The notes beneath the pieces are model-generated. The model did not search any database. It saw only the letters and a list, made by a program, of their open reading frames with translations, and was not told the origin of the DNA. Below are positions 35,335 to 48,026 of a stretch of 64,000 nucleotides of DNA, piece by piece. Source of the DNA: Phoronis australis (lineage: Eukaryota > Animalia > Phoronida); assembly GCA_002633005.1 (NCBI GenBank), contig NMRA01000010.1:1723298-1787297 (forward strand), written 5' to 3'. A program made the position numbers and the translations under genes. Each line of letters begins with the position of its first letter. Position 1 is the first letter of the stretch.

Positions 35335-38300
35335 CGTGTAGTTAATATCTGGCATTGTATTATAATCAGTGGAGAAGTTAATTCCCAAAAACATGAAAGG
35401 TTTGTTAGTCCACAACAGGTTTTCATTGACACAATGTTTTTCGTCAGAGTCTTTTTGAACCAATCCAAACACATCTTGTTTTCTCGATATCTGGCTTCAA
35501 ACCAGAAAATTTCGCAAGTTGGTCAATTAAATTCAAAGATGATCTAGAGGTAATTCAGAACTGTCCAAAATTAAACAAGTGTCGTCGGCGTACTGGGTCA
35601 GTTTAAACTCAGAAGCACCCCAGTGATGCCGCCATCCCGTCGAATTAATTACCCAATATTTCTACACATAATAAAAAGGTAAGGAGAAATGGGGTCTCCT
35701 TGACGACAGCCTCCCCCCATTTCAAAAAACTCAGAGAAAAATTCATGTTCGAGAACACAAAGACAAGATTTGTTCTAGAGAGGTTTGACCATGTCAATGA
35801 ACCTTAGGCCAAAGTTAAAGTATGATAATGACTTGAGCATGAAAGACCAGGAAACCGAGTCGAAAGCTTTTTCAAAATCGATCATTAAGAGGAGTCCGGG
35901 AAAGGGTTTACAGTTTAAAAATTGAATTTTACAATATAAAATTCTTATGTTTTCCCCAATATATCTGCCTTTCATGAAACTTTGTTGGTTCTCGTGAATA
36001 AGGGGTCCGTGAACGCTTTTTAAGCGTCTAGCAATACAACCAGACAAAATTTTGTAAGTAATATTCAATAGTGAAATTGGACGCCAATCTTTAATGAATT
36101 CTCTTTTGGTATTATTGAAATAATACGCAGTTTTTGTGTTGTAGATAATTTTCTTTTATTAATACCTTCTTCAAAAGATCGGCATTAAGGTCTGGCCAAA
36201 ATTTTTTTAAAATTCTACAGGACTTTTGTTGTTTTTTAAATCTTTCAGAGTTGCATGAATTTCCTTCAAAGTGATAAAATTTCCAAGTTCGACTCGGTTG
36301 GGCACGATGCCAAAAGTTCATTTAAATTAACATCAACAAGGTCGCCGTCTTTACAGTAGTATATATTTTTAATAAGAAGTGATCTCCGAGAGGATAGCGG
36401 ATTGTTCCTTGATAGCAGCATTATTGAAGCTTAGTAGCTTAGTTACATTCTTATTCAAAAAAATTCGTTTTTCTAATTCACAAAAATATTTTGTTGGTTT
36501 TTCGCCATTTTCAACCCAGTTAGTTCTCGATATGATGTCATGCATGTATTCTCTGTGATAATCCTCATATTCTGACTTCTTATTTTCTAATAGAGCAGCA
36601 ATTTCAGGATCGTCACTCTCGTTGAACCTATCTTGTAAGGACATCAACTGCTCTTCCAAGTCTTTTCCTTTTCTAGTTTTTCTTTTTCTTAGAGATGCAA
36701 TATGGAATAGTTACCGTTCGAATATTTAACAATAATGTCTCCAAATACAATTAATCAGATATATATAACTGAAGATTATCAGAGTCAATTTCTTGTATTT
36801 TGTTCAAATCGTATACTGGAAGAGCATGTTGAATTTTCTTACATAAAATCTCATTCTTGACGAGATTAATATATTCTTTTTTTAGAAGTGAGTTATAAAG
36901 CCCCCGTCCTTTTTGAAGGTAGTTAATTGAATAGTTAAGACGGCGTTGTCATGGTCCGATCGGTAGCCCGAGTGTATTTCCGCATTTTCGATACGCGAGA
37001 GTGATAAGAAAATAATCTAACCTAGCCTTTTCAACCGGATTTGTCCTGGACCATGTAAACCTTTTCGTTGAGGGATGATAAACACGCCATGGGTCCGACA
37101 GATCAAGAGCCACCTCCATCTTCAACATTTGGTCACGCGCTTCAGGGTTATTTACTGAGATATAATTATAACAATCAAGGTGAAAATCTTGGACCAAATT
37201 AAAATCGCCAGTTACAATAACAAAATCGTTATTGTAACTGGCGATTTTCTGTGAAATGTCATTAAAATATTTAGGTCTATCTTTGTTTGGTCCATAAATA
37301 TTCACCAACATAATAGAGAAACAGTTATTTACTTCAAGCTCTAAAATTAGGAGGAGATTTCCTTCAGTATCTAAAGTAAAAGATAGCGCTTTAAATTCAA
37401 AATTACTATTAAACAAGATGGCAACACCCCTGGCATCACTTCGACCATGGCTGAAAAAACAGCCATATCCCCCACTGAGCTCGAATTATGGGTTCTTCCG
37501 CAACAGTAAAGTGCTAGTGTAGGTAAAAAGTACTGTACGCACACTGCCTTATATAATGGAAAACATCTCGTCTTTTTGACCGAGTTCCTAGACCTCTACA
37601 GTTAAAAGATGCAATTTTTAAATTGTTCGCCATACAAAGATAATAGAGGTACTTCTAAACTCAACCATACAACATTGCTCATTAAGTACAAATGAATCAC
37701 ACTGTGTGTTCTTAACATCCTAAAAACAACCTAAACCAATATAAATAATAAATTCTTCTGATGAAACATTCAGTGAAACACATCGACAATAAGTGCTCAA
37801 CGAGTTTTAGAGACCATTTGGTATGTATGTTACCAATTGTACTGTATTCATCACGTAAATTGAATTGTGACCCATGCAATGGAACAATGCCAATCTAACA
37901 GCAAATGACATAATGGTACTTACACGACAAAGGCTAGAAGCAAAATATTCAAAAACACGAAGACCTGAAAAGACGAAGCAAAATAAAAGAAATTTGGCAT
38001 CCGATAAAGGACATGTTATTATATGTCTTCGCCTTTCAAAATTATAAAAATTACATGAGGACAATAGGGACTCATAGCTAATAACTGGAAAGATTGGGCA
38101 CAGAAAAAGCAGGACCTAATACCGACATTTTTAATTACAAGACCTTAGCCGCGAACACGAATCTATGAACAGCAGTTGGTTCGGTGTTCTGCACGCCATC
38201 TTTCTAGAGTTCTTGATCGCCACTATTCACTGAAAGTGGGAATTGCATTCATATTGTCAACTGTATAGGTTATGCAGTCAATCATCAACCGATCTCTATT

Positions 38301-39667
38301 CAGCCATGCTTTGCTTACATGCGGGCACCGTCTCGCTGACCTGAGAAAAAGTATCAGGCGCTTTCGATTGACAGTGATCTCATGTAGGAAGTCCTCAATC
38401 ACAAAAATTTTCGAACCTTGAAGCCTTCTCTTTTCCATGGTTAATACCCAGTCCGTTCTACTGGGAAGTTCTGCCAACACCTTTTCTGCTGGTTGATTGT
38501 TGAGGTTTAAAAATCCAAGATTCTTTTTTGATGTTGTATGTTCATACATTTTGACTTGTTCAGCACTTTATATCGTCACATGAGCTAATTCTACTGTAAA
38601 AAGAAGGAAAATACACAAAATATTTGTACTGTTAGTCGTTACCGTAAGGGTTGAAATTTACTGAAATTTACTCTTTTCGCTAAAGCCTGTGGGAGGGAGC
38701 TTCAGATACCTACAAAATACTCATCAGATAATTATTTGACAGGCATCACGATGCATACTTTCTAAAAATTCCAGTTATGTATATTTGAGGAAGATCAAGG
38801 TCGTTGCATTTAATAATTACATCCTCCAGAATTTGTACGTATTACAAGCTCTTACCATAACATCTCACTATATTACCAACCTCCTCTGCACTGTAACAAG
38901 ATTACTGTTCTGCGTCCTATGTGAAAATATTTGAATGCAGTTATAAGTGCCATTTCCTTGATGTTCATGTTCAAATAAATGGAAGTTGAACGTTTTGAAT
39001 AAGGGGACATTTTTACTTCCACGCCAATGGAAAAAATTGGTTATGCAGTCAAGATTTTTTTTCGTGTGACCGCTCGAGCAGACATTCCAAACAATTCTTT
39101 AGGCTTAAATGTATTGTCGCTGAACTAACTATACAACTCTTAGAAAAAAACACAAATAAGAGACGACTTCATAACACATACTCAAGTCTGTTGGAGGCTA
39201 AACGTTGTATGTTGTCTTAATACATGCTTCACTCTGATATAGTGTATTTTAGGGATTGATTTGAGTAACGCTGTGTTATATACGCAGGACTCGCTGTGAG
39301 AGTATGAACGGAATCACGTTTTGTAATTTGTTGGCAAACTAAAGTAGCCCCTCCCCGGAACCTCCACAATCATCAGCTCTTTCATTCTCGTCCCATATCC
39401 TTCATGCTACTGCCTCATCACTACCAATTTGCAGTGAATGTCTTCACCAGACTACACAGAAAAATAGCTAAACTTAGCAGAAGGGGTACAGCTCGACCCC
39501 TTCTTGGTCTTCTGATGGTCCCAAAACCCTCTAAATTAAAAAAATACCTTCATATCTACTTAACGTAAACAAATCGTGCTGTTTGGTATGCATCTTTTTT
39601 ATACAACTGCCGTGTGATCACTGTAGGTGAGTAGCCAAATGGTGCAAGGTATACTTAGTAAATAGAG

Positions 39668-40419
39668 AATCCTACACGATTCTCAGGTTTAAGACATGAG
39701 CAAAACCTCTTGGAAATATCCAAGAGGTTTTGCCCATGTCATAAATCTGAGACCAGTGTAGGATTTGTTTTCTCACATGAACCGTAAAAATGATCTTTTC
39801 GCTGAAAAACTCGACGTGTCTAAAACTTTCAACCACACGACGTAACTTTTGTAAAAATACGCAATATAAAGTAATTCAGTTACTTTTTGTCAATAGTTTT
39901 ATTTTAAGCTTAACAATTGAAAATTGCATTCTGCTTTCGTAGTAAATATTCAAGTTAGAATCTAATAAATAGTCTTTGAAGTTGGAATATTAAAACTTAA
40001 AAATGTTTACAAATAACAGTCCGCAAGGCTTCCCCTCGCGTGAGCACTGAATTGACCTTGAGACGGCACAGTAAGACAGTCTTGCCGCGTTTCTCGTCTC
40101 CGTTTGAATGAATGTTGATATGGCATTCGCCGCCGAAGATGGGTCCATTAAAGAAGTTATTTACATGTCCTTCCGACTGGGAGCACGCCCATTTGGGACA
40201 CCCGATTTGTCAGTCATAACCTTGCCACCTTCTCGGAATTCCGGCATTGTTAGGTTGGCGCGAGTTTGGTTGTTTTAGTCTTTTGCAGACGATAAAATGC
40301 AAGGCGTATGGATTTCTACTTTGCGCTACTTTGTGATTCGCCCATGTAATATCAAAAAATTACTTGCTCGGTGTTATTAACCAGTCGTGTAGTAACACAT
40401 TCTAGGTCATGTGAGAAAA
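39668..40419 (-). mobile_element. Non-autonomous element with subterminal inverted repeats and a long terminal hairpin (Helentron/HINE-like architecture)
   Basis: 13-bp IR TTTTCTCACATGA (39768-39780) / TCATGTGAGAAAA (40407-40419), with an adjacent ~98-bp near-perfect hairpin at 39668-39765. Confidence 0.55.
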
Positions 40420-42220
40420 GAACATGTTAGCCACTAAGCGAGCAAAAGACCAAACTTTTGTCTTAGTGTATGTGCTAAACTAGTCCAATACTACTAAATC
40501 ACACTGGTTTCATATTCACTCATATTATATCCTTTGCTTGCTTTCTCATGGAAAATGGCCAAAATCAGCCCGTTGAAAATTCGAAAAAATTCTCAACTTA
40601 TAAAAATGTCTTTCTTAAATGAATAGAATAGTCTTTCAAACGTGCTTCTGGATCTTAAGAACAGACACATTCACAGAAAAAAACATGGTTATTCCTAACT
40701 TTTAAGATGTCTAATAGTCTTGCATAGTTGACAGTTTTTTATATCGAAAAGGCCATTTTGCAAGATCAGCATAAAAAGGAAAACAAGGCTTGTGTCAGAA
40801 AAACCAAAGGTCCATATCTAGGGATAGACCACGCCCTCATATTGTTTCATGAAAATCTGTGACGGTCGATGTAGAACCACTCGTAGGTGCTCTCAGAAAC
40901 TGCTATTTTAAGACCTTTCCTGCTATCATATTAACAAATTTTCACTGAGGTGCGGTGGAATGTGCTAATGACATACGGAAAAAGGCAATTCTCTTGAAAT
41001 ACCTATAGAAGAAGGACATCATATGTCCCATACATTACCCACTGAGAAGAAGAATTTGCGACTGCATAGTCGGATAATTTTGATCCCAGCCGATGTCAAA
41101 AACTAAAATAAAGAAGTAAACTTGACCAAATCAAACAATTGGAGAGGTTGATCATGAGATTTATTCCTGTACTTTTTAATTAATCAAACAGTTCAAAGGT
41201 CACCCTTTGCAGAATTTTTTGTTTTCACATTGTAAAAGAATACAACTGCACTTTGTTTAGCGTAGATTATGTTAAAATCACATGGTCGTATAGTTCCTGC
41301 TATGCATTCGCACAGTTAGCAACATGCAAATTATCTGGATAGCTCAACACATGTAAAGGTAAGCGAAAATCCGTCAAAGAAGCCTATGTGAAATGGTAAA
41401 AAAATCGTTCACACGTGGTTCGCACCCGTTCCTAAGGGTACTTGTGACCGAGGCATCAGACAGAATTCACATGAACGACATATGTGTATAAATGTGTCAA
41501 CGTTTTCACTGTGGTACAATAGTTGCAAAGAGAAGCGAAGCGCACACGATGGCCAACGAGAAACTTCGAGAACAGGCTCGGCTTCCGGGCTCCTGCAAAG
41601 AGGAATATCGGATACATGGTAAAGTTATAAACACCTTTTAAATAATCTTTGAACTTGGCTGCAAAGATTTTTATTTGTTGCTTCTAGTGAATTATGTAGT
41701 GTTTTAAAGTGGTCTACAAACGACATTTGACGCACAATATTTGAATGACTTCCGGGAGATCAAATCGCGAACAATTCTACCATTCTATTGTTAACATAAT
41801 TCTCTTTTACAGACACAAAATACAGTGATATACACACAAATATTCCCATCTCTTTATCTTTTACACCATTGATAAAAATTGTCCACTTTTTGAAGAAAAT
41901 GTGAACGTTAATTTTCAAAAAACTGGAACGTGACCTGACGCCTAATGTGGCCGCAAAGTTGGACTTCAACATGGTCATCATAATGACGCTAGAATGTAAA
42001 AATTCAGGTAACGTTTTTGACGGGACTTTGTTTAAATTTGTGACACGTGAGATACCAAACAGGAATATAATAGCTGGAAGATGTATTGGAATCCAAGTTG
42101 TTGTCAAAATGGACTTAATATACAATATGAATAATCAGTGTGATCAATTCTGTTAATTGTCAAATTTGTTATGTAAATATTATATATTAGTTTAGTGAGA
42201 ATTTGACCACGGTTAAATGT

Positions 42221-42358
42221 AGGGGTTTCGCCCGAAAATGACCAAAGAGCGGGCCTTCTATATTAATTTGTAATACCCTCCCCAAAGGCAACCGAAAAGT
42301 GAAGCGCCTAATGTTAATGTAAGGACCAGCTCTTTGATCATCTTCGGGAGGGCCCCCT
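42221..42358. mobile_element. Small MITE
   Basis: AGGGG..CCCGAAAATGACCAAAGAGC pairs imperfectly with GCTCTTTGATCATCTTCGGGAGGGCCCCCT. Confidence 0.55.
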
Positions 42359-42825
42359 AATAAGAATAAGTCATTTAAAATAATAAGCTGTTAATAACGC
42401 ATCCACAGTGTTGTTAAAGCTGTGTAAAATCAAAATCTTTTCGATTTTAACAGATTGCAGACTGAGTGCAGCGCATTAAATTTCATTCAAGGAAAATCAA
42501 ACTTTAAATTCAGATGTGCTTGTGTTGTTATCGACTTACTTGAGTAGTAATGCAAAAAAGAGGAGCAAAAATGTTGATTTTCTTAAAATCTTAATAATTT
42601 GTTTGACACTAAGCAAGGGAGTGAATCCAATTTACACTAATGTCATCATATTTCAATAAACGATGGCGGACGAAATAAGCGTCATATCAAGCATGCACCT
42701 TGACCTAGACTTTAATTGCATAATTTCTCCTTTATCAAAAGATATAATGGTACGAACCAGATTAACTGCATCTGTATATCGGGTGGCGATAAATTATATG
42801 AAATAAAGAGTGTACGATGACTTAC

Positions 42826-45800
42826 ATTTACAGAAGGCTGTTTCACCCAGAATATGTCTTTTTGTTGAACGAATGTGGAGCTAAAATGAATTACAACAAC
42901 ATCTGCGTTAAATCTCCTGTAACATTTGTGCAATACGTAGGTGATTGCTGTCCAAACAAGCAATAACTAGTACACGTACAAAGTCCTTTAAAATATAAAG
43001 TTTATTTATTGGCTCATTAGATTCGAGCAAATGTCGATAAAGAAAGATCTGTGTAATGTGAAGCCCCTTTGTAACAAGTACACGTATGACTTTTTGGAGT
43101 TGTGCTAGTACATTTGAAAGATGAACTGGGTTATGATAAATAATTTAAAGCTGTTTACGTCCCCCACACTTGGTTTTGAGCTGAGAATTCGGAGACTGGG
43201 CCAATCATTTGTCGAGGACTGTTCTCAACGGCCAGTCTCGCATTTGCTCAAAGATGTCACGATTCTGTGGAATCGGCGAACAGGGATTTTTATTCTGTAT
43301 ATTAAGTTTCGTGAACGCAAGGGTCTTGTTCAGTAGGAGTAAAGTCTCGTGCAATCTGCACCAAATCTGTCAATGTCTTGCCTTCTTACTTACTAGAAAA
43401 TGACGGTACCGCTCTTGTCACTTGGGGCCGTCCACTCGAATGTAAGATTCCTAACGTCCAATCTCTTTGAATGGGTGACTGCGTCCATGTCGTTGGTACA
43501 CTTAAGAAACTGGAAATAAATCTTGATATTACAATCGCGGTACGCACATAGACAAGACCTCAAATGCGTTGTTGAAAAGATACAAAAGCCTGTTTTCCTC
43601 CACCTGCTATTCACGTGCCCGTACATTTACGGCGAAAATAATGTATCATCACGTCGGTCACGAAAAGCAATCCGTTAACCGTAAGCCGATTTCAGTGTCT
43701 TTTAACACAGATAATTCGATCTTTGCTGTTTTTTATTGGAGGAAGCTTGATCACTAAGTAATTACACGTCATTAATAACGTTATGTAGTTTAATATTAGT
43801 ACATGTACTCGCCACCCATCTTTCCCTCTAGAGGGTGTGAAGGGCTTTTTCGTCGCAGTGAAACGGTATTGTTGCCATGATGCGTTGACAAGATACTGGC
43901 GTTTATCTTATCTGTGAAACGTAATTGAAAGGTCACTGTGAATGTGATTGTACTCAGACTGCCGTGATCCGTAAAATTTGTCCAAATGGGAGGACGTGAA
44001 CGAAAATAGTGATAGGGGAGACCGAGGGGTGGGGTCTTTTGGAGCCTTAGCGGTTCAAAAGAAGGATAATTGATGGCAAGTACCAAAACCATGTCACGTG
44101 ACTTAGTCAAGTTTAAAGATGACGAAATGGGACTCTAAAAGAAAGCTTCAGGAACAAATCGAAAGTTGTGTCTGAACGTTTAGTAAAGCGTTTCCTTGGG
44201 CAACAGAAATGTGCCGATATTAATGGATGTCAATGATTTTATTTATCTTAGGGGTTCGTGTAACCAATTTTTAACTGAAAGTGTAACTATGCATAATAGG
44301 AGTACAATTGTCAACTCCTGAAAAACGAAAAACAATGATATTATTCTTCTATTGATTTATGATTTATTAATTTTAATCAAGTATAATTCTTTAAAATGAA
44401 ACAAAAGCAAGGCGACACCAAAAAGATTTGCAACAGATGTCATTTCTAGTTGTAGCACATATGAACGAATGATGACCTTTTTATAATAGGATAAAAATAT
44501 CTTGAAAAGAATGCAAGCTTTGCTCCAAAAAGTAATCCAAACAACTGTGTCTTTCTATGGACAAAACATCTATATAGCAGTGTCACCGACGTTGCCTTGA
44601 ATGCCTATGATGAATAGGCATATCCTCAGTCATGGCTGCTCTTTAATTGGAGTTTTTAAAAATTATGCTCTGATGCTGCTGCTAATTATGTTACACCTTT
44701 GGTAAAACAAACAAAGTTTTATTTAATTCATTGTATTGCATGCTTTGGATGCATGTTACAAGTTGGTTTGCATTAGTTGTTATGGTAACTATTTTTTCAA
44801 AATTATGCGATTGGCTTTGACATACTAGCCACGAGTCTTTATTTTAAGTAATTGATTTATGCAAATCCATTGAATTAGCTGTACATAGCGTTTATTGTAG
44901 TAAATGATTATTTCCATACTATTTTGTGTACATGAGTTGCACTCGCAACCATTTTAGATTTTCAAAATTATTCTACTAGTTACCATATATCTTTGATAAA
45001 GCAAACAGTGTACACATTCAGACTTGGAAACTACCCTACGTTTTTAGGGATAGTCAATAAAAATGGTTCGAGCACGGTTGCCTTCTTCTACCACCAAAGC
45101 CTACAATTGGTGATATTGACCGTCAAAATAGATGATTACCAGGTAACTATACCCAGTTCAGCTTAGACACACCCCGAAGTTTCAACAATGAGTTGCTCTT
45201 ATTACTCTCGGTTAGCTTACTGGTTTCTAACATGACCTTGCCCAGAAACCTGAAACTGCCGATTTTGATTGGCAGAATAATTGGTTACCGCAGCAACGGC
45301 GCGTGTCTCAACGCTGAAGTCTAGAAGCGAAGAACAATTCATCGCGCTCCGTTGAGGTTTTCAAATTGTACACTAAAGTGATCAATGGCAAACCAATTTT
45401 GATGTAAAATAGTGATTAGGAGGGCAGAAAATGCCCTACTGACAAGCAGGATTGTGTGTAAATACCACAGAAACCGAGAGGCGATGTGGAATTTCTGGAA
45501 ATAGCTCCGCAGTTAGGAAAGAACAAACAACACTCGAGCTTGATACCATATTCGTCAATTCTGCGTGAGGTTGTCGCCCGCAAAGTGAATATGTGAACAC
45601 ATGGAAACTCGAAGGTGAATGGCGTCTTATTGAGCGAATGTAAAATGAACAGCGTAAATGTGTCACAAACACTCCACATGAATTTAAAAACATTAAAATA
45701 CATTACCTTGATGTCAGATCCGGTTGTTGCAAATGAGCCAATCCTCGAATCGGTGTTAGTAGCATCTCTTGCTTGGAGAAAGAAACCCATAATTCTCTCC

Positions 45801-47012
45801 TTTCCACTTAAGGTAACTGAAAATATCAACTGCTGCATGAAATGAACATTCACAGAAATGTACTGTTCAGTTTTTTATTTGATGCAAAACCAACAATGTT
45901 TTCGAAAACTGCTACGAACATCATTTCCTAATGCGTCGACCTTTCTCGAGTAGACAGCCGGATGGGTGTACATTCCTCTCCCCGTCCTTCAGGAATATAG
46001 TTGAACATTCACGCTCACTCCTGGTTGATTCTATGTCTAAGCCGATTTTTTTGGAAAACCTTATAACGCTTCCAGTCTTAGCCTACTCAACTGATTGAAT
46101 CTTTCGATGATCCTCAAAGCATTTCGAATAATGCCGTCCAGTGGACAAAATATATCAAACTCTCTTTCCCTGATGACCAAATCCGTTTTGACAATCCTAC
46201 AACTTGGTGCAGTTTTTGAGGAGATTACAACGTGTATTACCAAATTACTGTCTGTTCTGAGACATCGAAACTCTAAAATTACATGACGAGCAAAGTGAGC
46301 TTGCAAGTAAGTTGGTGACTCAAAATTTAATTACCATGTGGAAATTCATTCGAAGGTTATGTCATAATTTAACCGACTTAAAACAGGCACATAGTTCTGT
46401 GAAGATCTCAGTCAAAAACAAAAATCTACCAGCTACGTAAAGCCCAAAAACCGCAATTTAAAAATCACCAATCCATTCCTCATAGAAACACGTACTAGCG
46501 AGTTGGTTACGAACATGTTCGGGCTTAGGATCATTGTGATTTTGATCAGCACTTTCAAGTGATTGTGTCACAATTAGTTCTAAGGCCGAAAATGCATTTT
46601 GAGGGTTATTGTTGTATAGGTTAAATTTCTTGAAGTCATTTACTTTTGTCAGAGCTGTAATAGGATTGTTCTTTGTCACATCATTAGAAATCGCACATTC
46701 TCAACCTTAACTTTCACTTTAAAGACAAAATTGTAACCACAATGTGTTTACATATAGATAAAAACTTTTTCGTTGCATATCATCTAAGTCAAGTTTATTT
46801 TCTGAAGAGCGTGCAGACTCACCTCTGATTTTAGATCCCTGGGTGTATGTGTGTTTTTCGGCGTTTACCTTGTAGGGGGAGGTATTCAAATTTTTAGCTG
46901 GTACCTGGTGGCCTGTCGGGAACATGGCGTCACATGCTGTAGTAGGCGCGCCTCCGGGATATCCGCTAACTAACGCACAGACGGCCAAGATTGACAGGCA
47001 GTGTAAAAACAT
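42826..47012 (-). CDS. Reeler-domain secreted protein (defense protein / ferric-chelate reductase N-terminal-like); exons 47012-46823, 45816-45707, 43509-43394, 42880-42826, final exon not located
   Basis: The spliced product is phase-consistent (1,0,2,0) with GT-AG sites: signal peptide + GYPGGAPTTACDAMFP-GH...SPY / VTLSG...GFFLQAR...IGSF / C...AVTHS...FEWTAP...GTVIF / YSTFVQQKDIFWVK, the canonical Reeler motif order. Confidence 0.9.
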
Positions 47013-47886
47013 TTTACAAGGTGCTGAAAATCAAGCAAACCTCGTGTAAGTGTGTATGCGTAAACACCTGGAATGGAGGCTGTGTTTATTCATCCAAAAG
47101 TTGAAACATAGAAAAAGGATATAGAATCTAATTCGTGACCCATCCGGTCCACGTTGTAGTGTTCTGGTGCTGAGCTCACGACAGACGAAATGTTGAAGAA
47201 ACTTTTTCTTTTGTTTTCATTAGTTTAGAGCTTAGAATAAGTCTCACCAATCGAAAGTCAAAAATATGAGCAGTCAGTTGCAGATTTGTATTATCAGGGT
47301 CTGCTTCATGAAAGTGACTTTAGACTTGAGACAGAAATTTGGTCTGATGCTCCACATTTTCATTTCTAAAAAATAGCTGAAAGTGACTCCAGAAAAGAAT
47401 AAAGTATACGAGAATATACCCACTACTGTCACTTACTGAGATAAGTTTTACAAGTTATTTTCAGGCAGTGACGTCCTCTTAATCACATGACTAAAACTTT
47501 ATTTGACAACTTGGAAGTGGGAGCACAAGATCAAATTTTCGTCTTAAGTCTCAAGTCACTTCCTAAAACCATAGATTATAGACAACAGATTCGCAACTCC
47601 GACATTTTCTTGTGCACTATCCTAGGGGAGGCGTCACTCTCCTAAATTACCAATTTCAGTTTCCGGTTTGTGTATTTTTACGGGAAATTCTCGCATCTGT
47701 TTTGCTGTCCAGTGCAACGAAAAAAATAATAATTTCGGTATTGAAACGCTGTTCACAGTCTTCTAATAATAGAACTGTTGGTAGGCCTATCGCGAATACT
47801 TTTGGCACCCGACTTCACAACAGCCGATCATGATTAGCAGACGACGTACTTGTCGGAAGTAAAACTTCCTAATTTTGTTTGCTTCC

Positions 47887-48026
47887 CGTTCAGTAACGCT
47901 AGGACCTCGCTAAAAAGCAAGACTTCGCGAGATTATATGAGATATTGCAGTGTATTTTAAATGAGAGCTCGTGACTTTGGCTAGATTTTAGCTAGGTCCT
48001 GGGGTAGGTCCTAGCGCTACTGAACG
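47887..48026. mobile_element. Small MITE
   Basis: CGTTCAGTAACGCTAGGACCT / AGGTCCTAGCGCTACTGAACG, 21-bp IR with one mismatch. Confidence 0.65.

Larger units (their letters stand above)
30400..38549 (-). mobile_element. Decayed Tx1/L1-clade LINE (ORF1 remnant, APE endonuclease, RT), interrupted by a tandem array
   Basis: ORF2 starts MANNLKIASFNCRGLG at 37633; NIYGPNKD, GDFNLV, FTW, RLDYFL (endonuclease); GEKPTKYF; WRPISLLN, IDFEKAFDSVSW, GCRQGDPISPYLF, QYADDT (RT). It resumes left of the array with WSRRILTVLGKITVV. ORF1-like C-terminus at 38223-38549 (LQGSKIFVIEDF...RKRL...DRLMID). Many stops and frameshifts. Confidence 0.92.

Noticed and set aside
37755-37790. CTGATGA...GAAAC hammerhead-like string in the LINE inter-ORF region
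   Set aside because: Stem II is only 2 bp, stems I and III do not form, and it is antisense to the LINE.
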